Positions 28,101-40,621 of a DNA stretch of 64,000 nucleotides are shown here, in pieces. This stretch comes from Mustelus asterias (lineage: Eukaryota). The first letter of the stretch is position 1. Each line of letters begins with the position of its first letter. The notes under the pieces were generated by a model. It had not been told where the DNA came from. It did no database searches and saw only the letters and a list, made by a program, of their open reading frames with translations. The DNA lies in assembly GCF_964213995.1 (NCBI RefSeq), contig NW_027590198.1, positions 124,001 to 188,000 of the forward strand, in the 5' to 3' direction. A program made the translations under genes and the position numbers.

Positions 28101-29374
28101 AAGAAAGAGAAGGTAATAAATGTTCATAGTTGGTATTTATTTTCACCAATTGCCATCCATTCACAAAGTTGCATACTTTTGTTCACCAGTTATCAACCAT
28201 TCATAAACATTAATATATTTACGTTTTAATTTAAGGGATGTGATCGTTGCTGGCTCGGTCAACATTTGTTGCCTATCCCTAATTGCCCTTAGTAAGCTGG
28301 TGGTGAGCTAACTTGGTGAATTGCTGCGAAGCCTGTGGTGTATGTACTCACACAGTGCAGTTACAGAGGGTGTTCCAGGATTTCAATCGAGCAACAGTGA
28401 AGGAAAGGCGATATTTTTCCAAGTCAGTTATATGACTGACTTGGAGTGGAATTTACAGGTGATATTCCCAGGTAACTCTTACCCCTGTTCTTCCAAATGG
28501 TAACAGTCCTGTGGTTGGAAGGTGTTGCCTAAGGAGTCTTGGTGAGTTCCTGAAGTGAAACTTGTAGATGGTGTATAATGCTGCTGTTGTTTGTCGGTGG
28601 TGGAGGGAGTGAGCATTTGCAAATGCTATGCCAGTCAAGCCGCCTGCGTTGTCCTGAATGCTATAAAGCTTCTTGAATGTTGTTTGAGCTGCACTCATTC
28701 AAGCAAGTGGAAATAACTCTATTACACTCCTGAGTTGTTGTTTTGTAGGTGGTGGACAGGTTTGGGGAGTCTGAAGGTGAGTTACTCACAGCAAGCTGAC
28801 CTGATATTCCAGCCGGAGCATTTAAACATCCAGTTAATTCAGCGATTAGCCAATGGTAACCCCGACGATGTTCATAGTGGGTGATTCAGTATCGTAATAT
28901 AATTGAATGACAAGGAGCAATGGGTAGATTCTCTCTTTTTGGAGATGGTCATTTCCTGGCGCTCATATTACTAATAATCTGCAAATCACAAAAATAAATA
29001 AATATTTCACAAATTATTTTCAGCATTTTGTTTGGTACAAATATAATTGCAGTTTATTTATTGTAGTTTATTGAGATTCAAATTTATTGAGGTCATTTTG
29101 GCCTTTCTGTCACCAAAGAATCAAATCTGTCCCAGAATTCACTGGGAAGTTGAATTAAATCCGACCGAGGATAATAAGCAGCTACCCAGCAGCCTCTGCG
29201 CTTTATTGACACGTAATCACCTCATTATCACACATGAACCCCTGATATATAACTGGAGTGTGTAACCATTTTGAAAGTGACTGTATAACTGAAAGGACGT
29301 GTATCTAATGTTATATATAATTTATAATATCTAATGTGACGGTATAGAATCTTAAGATCCAGATTAATTATTCA

Positions 29375-29700
29375 TAGAACAAAGAATCTACAGTGCAGAA
29401 TGAGACCATTGGGCCCATCGAGTCTGGAGCGACCTCAATCCTACCCAGGCCCTATTCCAGTGACCCCTCATATTAACCCCACTAATACCCCTGACACAAG
29501 GGTTAAATCAGCATGGCCAATCAACCTGAACTGCATATGTTCAGACTGCAGGAGGATACGAGAGTACCCGGAGGAAATCCACACAGACAAGGAGAGAAAC
29601 TGCAAACTCCACAAAGACAGTGACCTGAGGACGGAATTGAACCCGGGTCCCTGGCGTTGTGAGGCAGCAGGGCTAACCAATATGACAACGTGCCGCCCTT
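29375..29700 (-). mobile_element. V-SINE (HE1-like) with CR1/HER1-type tail
   Basis: Head GGGCGGCAC, V-domain, and a tail ending TTCTATG. Confidence 0.85.
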
Positions 29701-29919
29701 GCACACTGACACAGTACTGGAAAGTCATTTACCACTTGGATCTGTCCAGTGAGTTTCACAACATTTCAATTGCCTCATTATTTTTTTAGCCTGTTACCTT
29801 CGCTAACTTAGGTGATGATATGTTGAGTGATTTGTTGCACTAGAAAGGGCCATATGTTCCAAATATTACAATCCTCCCCCCTCAACCTAATCCCTCTTTC
29901 CATCTTGGATTTGAAGATT

Positions 29920-30493
29920 CTGAAGACATCGGTGAGGCTACACTTGGAATGCTGTGTACAGTTCTGGTCACCCTATTATCGAACGGATATTATTAAACGA
30001 GAAAGAATGCAGAAAAGTTTTACTAGAATGCTACGAGACCTTGATGGTTTGAATTGTAGGGAGAGGCTGGATAGACTGGGACTTTTTCTCCGGAGCATAG
30101 GAGGCTTGAGCGGATCTTATAGAAGTCTATAAAATAATGAGGTGCACAGATCAGCTCGATAGTCAATATATTTTCCCAATGGTAGAGGAGTCTAAAACGA
30201 GAGGGCATAGGTTTAAGATGAGAGTGGAGAGATACAAAATGGTTCAGAGGGGATATTGTTTCACACAGAGTGTGGCACGTTTCTGGAACAGGCTGCAGAG
30301 GTAGTGGTAGAGGCGGGTACAATTTTGTCTTTTAAAAAGGGTTCAGACAGTTACATGGGTAGGATGGGTACAGAGGGTTATGGGCCAAACGCGGGAAATT
30401 GGGACAAGCTTAACGGTTAATAAAAAGGGCGGTATGGACAAGTAGGGCCGAAATGCTTGTGTCCATGCTCTCAACCTCTATGACTCTATGACT
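29920..30493 (+). mobile_element. CR1 LINE 3' fragment
   Basis: VRLHLECCVQFWSPYYR with a (CTATGACT)n tail. Absent from the duplicate block at ~44720. Confidence 0.85.
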
Positions 30494-30599
30494 CGAGTCA
30501 CCATCAGCAGATGGAAAAAAAATCAGACTGCTCTTAGTTCATTTGTTCCCGATATCTCGGGGATTGGATTCACCGAGAAAATCTGGAAGGACTAAAGGT

Positions 30600-32616
30600 T
30601 GTCGCACAGCATAAAGGTCAAGCACAGCATTAAAGCAAAAGTTAAAGCATACAAAGCGGCAAAGATTAGTGGGAAGCCAGAGGATTGGGACGCATTTAAA
30701 AGCGAGGAGAGGACAAGTAAAAAAGCAATAAGGGGGGAGAAGATGAAATATGAGTGTCAGCCAGCTAGTAATATAAAATAAGACATGGAGAGTTCTTTTC
30801 AATATAATAAAAGGTAAGAAAGACGCAAAAATTGACATTGGACCACTGGAAAATTAGACTGGAGAAGTAATAACAGGAAACAAAGCAATGGCAGAGGAAC
30901 TGAATAGTTACTTTGCATCAGTCTTCACGGTGGAAGACACCAGTGGAATGCCAGAGCTCCAGGAGAGTCCAGGGGCACAGGTGACTGTAGTGGCCATCAC
31001 TAAGGAGAAGATTCTGGGTAAATTGAAAGGTCTGAAGGTGGATAAATCACCTGGACCGGAAGGACTACACCGCAGGGTTCTAAAAGAGATAACTGAGGAA
31101 ATTGTGGAAGCATTGGTGGTGGTCTTTCAGAAATCACTGGAGGCAGGGACTGTACCAGAGGACTGGAAAGTAGCGAATGCAACACCATTGTTTAAGATGG
31201 GAGGGAGGCAGTACACGAGAAATTATAGGCCGGTTAGCCTGACTTCGGTCATTGGCAAGACTTTAAATTCCATTATCAAAGATGAGACCGCAGAGTACAT
31301 GGAAGGGCATGATAAAGTAGGAATGAGTCAGCACAGTTTTGTGAAGGGGAGGTAATATCTGACAAATCTGTTAGAGTTCTTGGAGGAGGTAACAAGGAAG
31401 TTAGATAAATGAGAGCCAGTGGACATGATTTATTTAGATTTCCAGAAGGCCTTTGACAAGGTGCCGAAAAGGGGACTGTTAAATAAGTTAAATGCCCATG
31501 GTGTTAAGGGTAAGATCCTGGCATGGATAGAGGATTGGTTGATTGGCAGAAGGCAGAGAGTGGGAAAAAAGGGGTCTTTCTCAGGATGGCAGCCGGTGAC
31601 TAGTGGTGTGCCTCAGGGGTCAGTGCTGGGACCACAACTTTTCACAGTATGCATTAGCGATTTGGAGGAAAGAACTGAAGGTACTGTTGCTAAGTTTGCA
31701 GATGATACAAAGATATGTAGAGGGACAGGTAATATTGAGTAAGCAGGGGGGCTGCAGAAGGGCTTGGACAGGTTAGCAGAGTCGGCAAAGATGTGGCAGC
31801 TAGAATACAATTTGGGAAAGTGTGAGGTTACGCGCTTGGAAGGAGGAATGGAGGCATAGACTATTTTCTAAATGGGAAAATGCTGAGGAAATCAAAAATA
31901 CGAAGGGACTTGGGAGTCATTGTTCAAGATTCTCTTAAGTTTAAAGTGTAGGTTCAGGAAGGCAAATGCAATGTTAGCATTCATGTCGAGAGGGCTAGAA
32001 TACAAGAGCAGGGATGTACCTCTGAGGCTGTACAAGGCTCTGGTCAGACCCAATTGGAGTATTGTCAGCAGTTTTGGGCCCCATATCTAAGGAAGGATGT
32101 GCTGGCCATGGAAAAGGTCCAGTGGAGTTTCACAAGAATGATTCCTGGAATGAAGACTTGCTGTATGAGGAACGGTTGAGTCCTCTGGATCTGTATTCGT
32201 TGGAGTTTTGAAAGATGAGGGGAGATCTTATTGAAACTTTCAGGATACTGCGAGGCCTGGATAGAGTGGGCGTGGAGAGGATGTTTCCACTTGTAGGAAA
32301 AGCTAGAACCAGAGGGCACAACCTCAGACTAAAGGGACGATACTTTGAAACAGAGATGAGGAGGAATTTCTTCAGCCAGAGTGTGGTGGATCTGTGGATC
32401 TCTTGCCGCAGAAGGCTGGAGGCCAGGTCATTGGGTGTTTTTAAGACAGAGATAGATGGGTTTGTGATTAATAAGAGGATCAGTGGTTCTGGGGAAAAGG
32501 CAAGAGAATATAGATGAGAAAAATGTCAGCCATCATTGAATGGCGGGAGCAGACTCGATGGACCGAGTGGCCTCATTCTGCTCCTCGTTCTTATGTCTTA
32601 TGGACTTATGGTCTTA
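30600..32616 (+). mobile_element. CR1 LINE, 5'-truncated, disrupted ORF2 RT
   Basis: [40 protein letters not shown], with a (TCTTATGG)n tail. Confidence 0.93.
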
Positions 32617-34433
32617 TATACTGACACACTTGGAATAAAGGACCTGCTTCGATTTTTGAAGTAATAAATCACAAATATGCGACTGTCGAACAGCAAATTT
32701 TAGGACCAGCTATCATCACATCCATCCGTCCACTCACTGATTTCTCAATCAAAACATTCAGGCATCCAACTATCGTTCATCCCTGCATCAACTCAAGCAT
32801 TCCTTTATTTTTGGGTCGATGGTGGCGTAATATTAATGCCAGTGTACCAGTAATCCAGAAGCCCAGGCCAATGATGTGGAGACACGAGATTAAATCCCAC
32901 CCTGGCAGCTGGTGGAATTTGAATTCAATCAATAAATCTGGAATACATACTGACAGCGACCAGATAAACCTCTCTGATTCCCCAATGAAGGAAATCTGCC
33001 ATCCCTACCTGGTCTCATCAGGATGTGACTGCAGATGGACAGCAATATAACTAACTGGGCAATGCCTTCTGAGATGCCCTAGCATACCACTCAGTTCAAA
33101 AGAAATTAGGCAAAGGGAATAAATGTTGGCCTTTCCAGAGATTCTCACGTCCCATGGAAGAATGAAGTGAAAGAAAACACAAGCATACATGTTTATCTAG
33201 TATAAAATATATCACCTCTCTGAATCAACTCTCATAATCTGCCTGTATTTTTCTTAATATCCATCCATCAATGTTTTGTTGTGTTGGAGAGATCATTATT
33301 GTTGCTAACAAGGTGCCGGAGAAGCTGAATACTTTCTTTTCAGAAGAAATGGGAAACATTCATAGATGTTTGCAACTTAAAAATAATTAAATTGCCTCCA
33401 GTACTGTTGCTGGGTAGATTTGTTTATAAATAGGCCCCATTGACAATGCTGAGAGTTTGACGTTGGCTTGCAGCCAAGTGTTCAGTACTGAGGAAACAGG
33501 TTTTTGATTTACTGAACAAACACCCTCAGATGCTTCCTGTAAATATTTTTGGGTATTTGGCAGCAGGCTGGACAGTTGCCAAATACTGCGTAGGACAGAT
33601 TAACGTGAATCTGTAAGGATAACATGGGACTTCGTCAGTTATACAATACATGTCTTATTCCCAAAAGAAAGGCACATTTTAAATGTTTTTTCTTCGAAGC
33701 AAATATTTTAAATGAATGCACTTTTCATTATGTGATTAAAAAGTATCGGAAACTAGTCAATTGACTTGATGCTATTTCATTTGTATAGCTTCCAATGAAA
33801 TGTCCTTCCAACAATTAAAGCCTCTTTATGAACAACGTATGCTGATGTCCCCAATCCCTCAGTCCCATGAGATCAGTGTAAAGGCACAAAAATGAAAATA
33901 ATTAAAAGTAAAAGAAAATCATATATCTACCTTGAACAGCAGGGATTTCTGGAATATTCTCAATGTTCTGCACCTCATTAAAAACTTATACCTGATGTAT
34001 AACGTGTTCTTTTGTCCAGCATAATCTGATTTCAATTATTTAACAGTCCCTCTCATAACTGCCAATGAGTGAAGAAATGACCAGTTCATAACCTGCTTCA
34101 GTGAAAGATAAAATATTTATTCTTGTGATATTGTGCATTATGCCGCAAAGTCCTGATATCCTGTGTTCCCAATACCAGCTGCTCGCCAATACAATGATCT
34201 GTCATGATTTGGATGCTGAAGGAGAACTTTCCTGATTGCCGTGTCCGTTCTAATTCATTAGCTTCTTTGTCAAAAGTCAATGTCAATTTTATGTTTCTCT
34301 GTCAACTCAATGCTTAATTGTAAGTCAAGAAGTTTTCTTTCACCGTTAATTTTCACAGGGTTAAGGAGCTGTTGGGGAAATATATGGTGTAACATTGTAT
34401 CAGATACGGAGTTTATTTTGTTAATTTATTAGT

Positions 34434-34710
34434 GGGCGGCACGGTGGCATAGTGGTTACCATTGCTGCTTCACAGCATCAGGGACCGTGGTTCAATTCCC
34501 GGAATGGGTCACTGTCTGTGTGTAGTCTGCACATTCTCCAATTGTCTGCCTGTTTATTCCCATTGTCCAAAGATATGCCGATTAGGTTGATTGGCGATGA
34601 TGAATTGTCCCATAGAATCAAGTGAATTAGCAGGGATGGGAATAGGGCCTGGGTGGGAGCGTTGTCGGTGTGGGCCCGATATGCTCCTAATGCACTGCAG
34701 GGATTCTATG
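34434..34710 (+). mobile_element. V-SINE (HE1-like)
   Basis: GGGCGGCACGGTGGCATAGTGGTTACC...GGATTCTATG. Confidence 0.85.
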
Positions 34711-35439
34711 GATATGGGTGCCGCTGGCTGATCAATATTTATTGCCCACTCATTGTCGAGGGCAGTTGAGAGCTAAACACATTGCTGTGGCTCTGTAATC
34801 ACATGTCGGCCAGATGAGGTAAGGACGGCATATTTCCTGCTTGAAAGGACATTAGTGAACCAGATAGGTTTTTACACAATCGACAATGATATCATGGTCA
34901 TAAGTAGATTCTTAATGCCAGACGTTTTTACTGAATTTAAATTCCACCATCTGCCGTTCCGGGATTCGAAGCCGGGTCCTGAGAACATTAGTTGAGTTTG
35001 TGGATTAATTGTCCAGCGATAAAAACGCGAGGCCACTGCTTCCCTTCTTCTTATATCCAGTCCCAAATTACAATGATAGCTATCCACACCTGAAACACAA
35101 TCATCCCAGCATTAAGTTACATAAATCGATAATAATTCTTCTAATGAATTATATTTCGCTGTAAAGTGTTAGAGACACAGAATTATTGCAAATCAGACTG
35201 ACATCTTTACCCTGATAAGGTAATGTCATCTGTGTATGTCCATTCCCTTGTGAAGGGGTGACGAAATAAAGGCACTTAATTTACAATGAAATTGTTTCTT
35301 TTCTCTAACAGATGCTCAAATGCAATTTCACTCTTGGACTAGCAGAGACATGACAATGGATTTCACTGTTACTCCCTCGGTGTCAGTCTGTCTCTGGAAT
35401 GTTCCAGTGTCAGCAATCAATTCACCGGGAATAGTCCTT

Positions 35440-35760
35440 GGTGTTTTTGATATATTTTATTTGATTTCATTTGACTTATTATTATCGCATATATTAGTAC
35501 ACAGTGCAAATTATAGTTTCTTGCGCACTATACAGTCAGAGCATAACGGATATAGGGAAGGAAGGGAGAGAGTGAATATGTAATTTTGCAGTCATAGCTG
35601 TTGTGTAGAGAAAAATGAACTTAATGCGACGTCGGTCCATTCAAATGTCTGATAGCAGCAGGAAATAAATTGTTTTTCAGTCGGTTTATACGTGTCCTCA
35701 GACTTTTGTATCTTGTTCCCGATGTAATAAGGTGAAAGAGTATGTCTGGAGTGCGTGGAG
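35440..35760 (-). mobile_element. Rex1/Babar-like LINE 3' end replacing the promoter/leader region of the pseudo-VH
   Basis: (ATTTG)n tail and GTCTGATAGCAGCAGG...CTCAGACTTTTGTATCTT resemble a Rex1 3' end. No homologue in the functional V upstream region. Confidence 0.5.
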
Positions 35761-35794
35761 TTTTATTTTCATAGGATCTTAGATATTTTTACAA

Positions 35795-36330
35795 GTGTGG
35801 AATCGGAGGTTGTGTTGAGCCAGCGAGAGGCAGAAAGTGGGCGCCCCTGAAACTCTTTGAGACTGACCTGCAAAGCCAACGCATTCAATGTTGGCAGAAA
35901 CTGGATGGTCTGGGTCCGACAGGTCCCTGAACAGTGTTTACAGTGTCTTCTTCAGTACGATAGTCTTGGGTCAACCTACAATTCCTCCGCCCCAGGATTC
36001 AGGATCAATTTACTCCGCCCAAAGACACTTCAAACAACGTCAAGAGAAAATGCTGGAAAATCTCAGCAAGTCTGGCAGCATCTGTAAGGAGAGAGAAGAG
36101 CTGACTTTTCGATTCCAGATGACCCTTTTGTCAAAGCTTTGTCAAAAGGTCATCTGGATTCGAAATGTCAGCTATTTTCTCTCCTCACAGATATTGCCAG
36201 GCCTGCTGAGATTTTCCAGCATTTTCTCTTTTGGTTTCAATTCCAGAATCCGTAGTAATTTGCTTTTATACTTCAAACGACATCGTCTCTTTGGAAATAA
36301 CTGAAAACCGAAGATTCCTATCTTTACCCT
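35795..36330 (+). pseudogene. IGHV: VH pseudogene, interrupted by a palindromic insertion, with no leader and no RSS
   Basis: VESEVVLSQREAESGRP*NSLRLTCKANAFNVGRNWMVWVRQVP. Defects: mutated acceptor (CAA|GT), TGA at 35848, frameshift near 35998, insertion at 36039-36269. FR3 resumes (ATCGTCTCTTTGGAAATAACTGAAAACCGAAGA) and is lost before YYC/RSS. Confidence 0.9.
36039..36269. mobile_element. PLE family B palindromic insertion inside the VH pseudogene
   Basis: Imperfect palindrome 36042-36230 centred on CAAAGCTTTG, plus a right-hand tail. TSD ACTTCAAACAAC (36027-36038) / ACTTCAAACGAC (36270-36281). Decayed hammerhead-like core AAGGTCATCTGGATTCGAAATGTC. Confidence 0.75.
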
Positions 36331-37014
36331 GTCTGTTCTGCCTCGACTCCAATTCCACTATGATGAAAATGACTCTTAGCCACTACTGAAATTGCCGGGC
36401 AGGCCATCCAGTTGTATCAAAGCTGCTATGGAAAAACAAATAATAAAATCATCCAGAGGGCAGGTTTCAACAAGGTGGTTCACAACAGCCTTCTCAGCAG
36501 GGACAACTAAATGTTGGCTTTGTCAGTGATGCTCACATCCAGAGGATCAATAACAACAGTGTAAAGTGCTGCCGATTCTGGAAATCTAAAACTAAAGTAA
36601 CACAAATGCTACTCAGCAGGTCAGTGTACATCAGCAGATAGAGAACCAGATTCACATTTAAAATCGATGCCAGGATGCAAAATCTCATTGATTTAATTCT
36701 AAAGAGCAAGGCTGTTCTCCCCAATATTCTACCTTAATACTGATTCTTCAAACAAAATCACAAATTTACTGGCAATTTATCACATCTCGGTTTGTGGGAG
36801 TTTGTTGTACGTACATTACCTGTTGTATTTGCAACGTGATAGCAGTGACTAAATTCAGCAAAGGTACATCAGTGAGTTTTAAGAACTTAGGGACTACATG
36901 AAGTCGGGTAAAGGGTTCTGTAAATGTAAGCTCTACCAAAATGAAAGTTGTAATACGTTGGAAGTGCTGAGAGATTAATGCGAATATATTCATTCCTCTG
37001 CTGATCATAGCAGC

Positions 37015-37500
37015 ATAGAATCATAGAATCCAGTGCAGTGCAGCAGGAGGCCATTCGGTCCATCAAGTCTGCAGCTGCTCTCCAGCAGAGCATCCTATCC
37101 AGGCCCAGCCTTCACCCTATCCCGACAACCTCACATATTCAGAGGCTAATGTCTCTAACCTACACATCGTTGCACACTAAGGGGCAATTTAGAATCGCCA
37201 ATCCACCTTGGGCCTGGGAATGATGCCCTGCTGGACAGCTGGTTCGGACTTGATAAAGCGATGGTCTCCTTCTGCACTGTAGGGATTTTGTGATTCTACG
37301 TTGCTCATCCTTGGACTCAAAGGAGCAATTTATCGTACCAATCCACCTAACCTGTACATGCTTGGACTGTGGAAGGAAACCGGAGCACCGGAGGAAACTC
37401 ACATGGACATGGTAGAATGTGAAAAACCACACACAGTCACCCAAGGTTGGAATCGAACCCGCTTCCCTGTCACTGTGAGGCTGCAATGCTACTTGTATCA
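37015..37500 (-). mobile_element. V-SINE (HE1-like) with an inverted tail fragment at ~37210-37300
   Basis: Minus-strand tail and body, interrupted by a plus-strand tail copy. Confidence 0.7.
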
Positions 37501-40034
37501 CTTAGTGATAACCACACTGGATTTTTTATTCTTCCCTCGTGTGAGTCTGATCACTAATTATGACAGGAATATTTCACACATCAGTTCTATTTGTTTTAGC
37601 TTGTCTAGTTGAAGCAATTTAGATCATCAATCAAATTAACATTCAATGGAATACCAGCCTGTTCACAGATACTTTATTTATTGTGACATCAGAATTTTCA
37701 GAACAAATTCTTATATAGAATGTATTTATTCATTTAATTAAATAGCATCTGCTGTAATGTATGTTAAAAAGGTTTCTATTCATTTTGAACCAACTGTTAA
37801 TATTCTTAAAATAACCGCTATTTTGAGTTGAAACGAATGAATAAGTGACGGTTTATCTGTTTTTGCTGCCATGAACATTTCATTGTAAACAGTGAGGTAT
37901 TTATGTAAATAAACACAGAAATAGAAATCCCAGATTAGATTGTTGACTGACAAAGAGACAACAAATATTTCCCCACCAACACAGCACAGAAATAGAGACA
38001 AACATGCAAATTGATCAACGGATTCCAGAAATGATTGTTTTATACATTAGTTATTCATCAATTATATGAAGAAAAAATATCATGACAATATCTATGTTAA
38101 GAATTAGCAAAGAATCCCTCTGATCCCGAAATGTGATAACACGGCAAATGTGTTCATGGAAATTCCCTGTGTTTCATCTCTCTCTCTCTGTCTTTCTCCT
38201 TCTGGTTCTAAGTCTTGTCTCTTCACGATAGTTCATCGTCTTCCCTCCACAATCTGAATTCAATGTTGCCCAATGTATTCTCTCAGACAGAGTAGTAAGG
38301 AATGCAACGCAATGAATTGGAATCCATGAGGGAGATTTACTCTAAAAGATCTCTTGAGCATTCTATGATCTTGGGATATTGTATACATTTCCCTCTGTAT
38401 CTAACCTGTGTTGTACCTCGTAACAAGGATTCGATGTGGCAGTACCAAAGAAATTTTCCCTGTATTTATCCCTGCCCTTGGACTGTTTGACTGGACAGTG
38501 TAGAGGAATATTTAGTCTGCATCTAAACTCACGTACCTGCCCTTTGAATGTTTGATATTACTTGTAGAGGGATATTTAATCCGTATCTAATCTCTGCTGT
38601 ACCTGACCTGAGTGTATTTTATGGGACTGTGCCGAGGCATCTTCCCCCTCTACCGAACACCAATTCAAACTTGCCTCCCGATTCTCTGATGGAAAAATGC
38701 AGAAGTGGTTTTACCGAGAAGAGAGTCCCTGGTCTGTATGCCTTCATTGTGTTTGAGCAGACTTTGTAGAGGGAGTTTCACTCTGTTTCTAGACAATCTA
38801 CCTTTTCCAGGAATGTTTGATTTTGATAGTGAGAGGGAGGTTCACTTTGTATCTAAATCATGCTATTCCTGCCTTGGGAGTGTTAAATTTGGCAATGCAT
38901 GGGGGAACTTTACAGCTAACCCCATGTTACTCCTGTCCTGTGAATTTTTGATGGGGCAGTAGGCCGTCTCTCCAAATTTCATGGGGGTTGAACCAGTCTC
39001 TTTATTAGACAGTAAATTTACCCTGCGTCAGCTTCTATTATATAAGGTCATGCCTCGGTTAATGTTGCACTAGACCCGATCTCTACACATATTAAACGAG
39101 ATGCTTTCTCTGACTATACTAAATTAGACCTTGTCCTTGTTTATATTATGCATCACCATGTTTCAGTTTATTTCAAACTAGACGCTGTGTCAGTTTGTAT
39201 GAATTTAGACCTGTCTGTTTGTATTAAAATAGATGGAGTCTTATTCCTGCACTTGACCTTATCCACGTTTATATTGCATTGGACATGGTCTCAGTTTTTA
39301 TTGCACTGGACAATGCCAGTAATGAGGAAAGTGTTTAGGGGGACACAATTCTCGGCATCCTCCTGAACATGGAATGTTATGAGGTCTTGAGCACTGGAAA
39401 AGAAGCAGTGTTATCTGAAATCTACTTCTGCTGACTGCATTGAAAATGGATACTAAGACCTGTATCGCATGCACTGTCAACACAGAACAAAGAACAAGAA
39501 AAGTTACTGCAGAGGAACAGGTCCTTCAGCACTGGAAGCCCACACCGTCCAAATACTGTCGATCCAATACTGCCTGTTTCAGAATCCTGCCAGAGACCAC
39601 TGTTTTTCATCCAACATAATATCTCTTCTTCTCGTAGAACCGCGGAGGAATGCAGACATAATTCAAATCGAGGCAAAGTTAAGTGCAGGCATGACACTGA
39701 CACAGTCTCGTGAAATATGTACAGGGTCAGGATCAAATATTACTGAACCAGAGAGTGTGGCTCGTGCAATATAAACTGATTTCTAGTCAAGCAGTGTATT
39801 AACAGAGACAGACTCTAATTTAACATAAACGGGGTCCTGATCCAGCAAAATAGAAATGGGTTCGCTCCGAGTGCCATGTGGGGATGTTCAAAGGCCAAAT
39901 GCTGATCTTTTCAGTGACACCCACATCCCATGAAACAAACATTTCAAAGATATATGACAATGTCGAGGAAAATAAAACTGAGACAGTGTCTAGTGCGGTT
40001 TTACTGGACATAGGAGCTTGTGCATATAAACTGA

Positions 40035-40621
40035 TGTGGAGATGCCGGCGTTGGACTGGGGTGAACACAGTAAGAAGTTTAACAACACCAGGTTAAAGTC
40101 CAACAGGTTTATTTGGTAGCAAAAGCCACACAAGCTTTCGGAGCTCTAAGCCCCTTCTTCAGGTGAGTGGGAATTCTGTTCACAAACAGAGCTTATAAAG
40201 ACACAGACTCAATTTACATGAATAATGGTTGGAATGCGAATACTTACAACTAATCAAGTCTTTAAGAAACAAAACAATGTGAGTGGAGAGAGCATTAAGA
40301 CAGGCTAAAAAGATGTGTATTGTCTCCAGACAAGACAGCCAGAGTTTCACTGGCTGTCTTGTCTGGAGACAATACACATCTTTTTAGCCTGTCTTGATGC
40401 TCTCTCCACTCACATTGTTTTGTTTCTTAAAGACTTGATTAGTTGTAAGTATTCGCATTCCAACCATTATTCATGTAAATTGAGTCTGTGTCTTTATAAC
40501 TCTGTTTGTGAACAGAATTCCCACTCACCTGAAGAAGGGGCTTAGAGCTCCGAAAGCTTGTGTGGCTTTTGCTACCAAATAAACCTGTTGGACTTTAACC
40601 TGGTGTTGTTAAACTTCTTAC
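40035..40621. mobile_element. Penelope-like (PLE) derived inverted-repeat insertion, family A, with hammerhead motifs
   Basis: Near-perfect palindrome: arms 40070-40342 and 40350-40621, 7-nt loop, ~35-nt extra tail on the left. 12-bp TSD CATATAAACTGA (40023-40034 and 40622-40633). Confidence 0.85.
40521..40565 (+). ncRNA. Minimal type-I hammerhead ribozyme motif (mirror copy on - strand at 40126-40170)
   Basis: CAC-CTGAAGA-A-GGGGCT(tag)AGCTCC-GAAA-GC-TT-GTG: CUGANGA core, 6-bp stem II, GAAA, palindromic AAGCTT stem III, stem I CAC/GTG. Confidence 0.75.
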
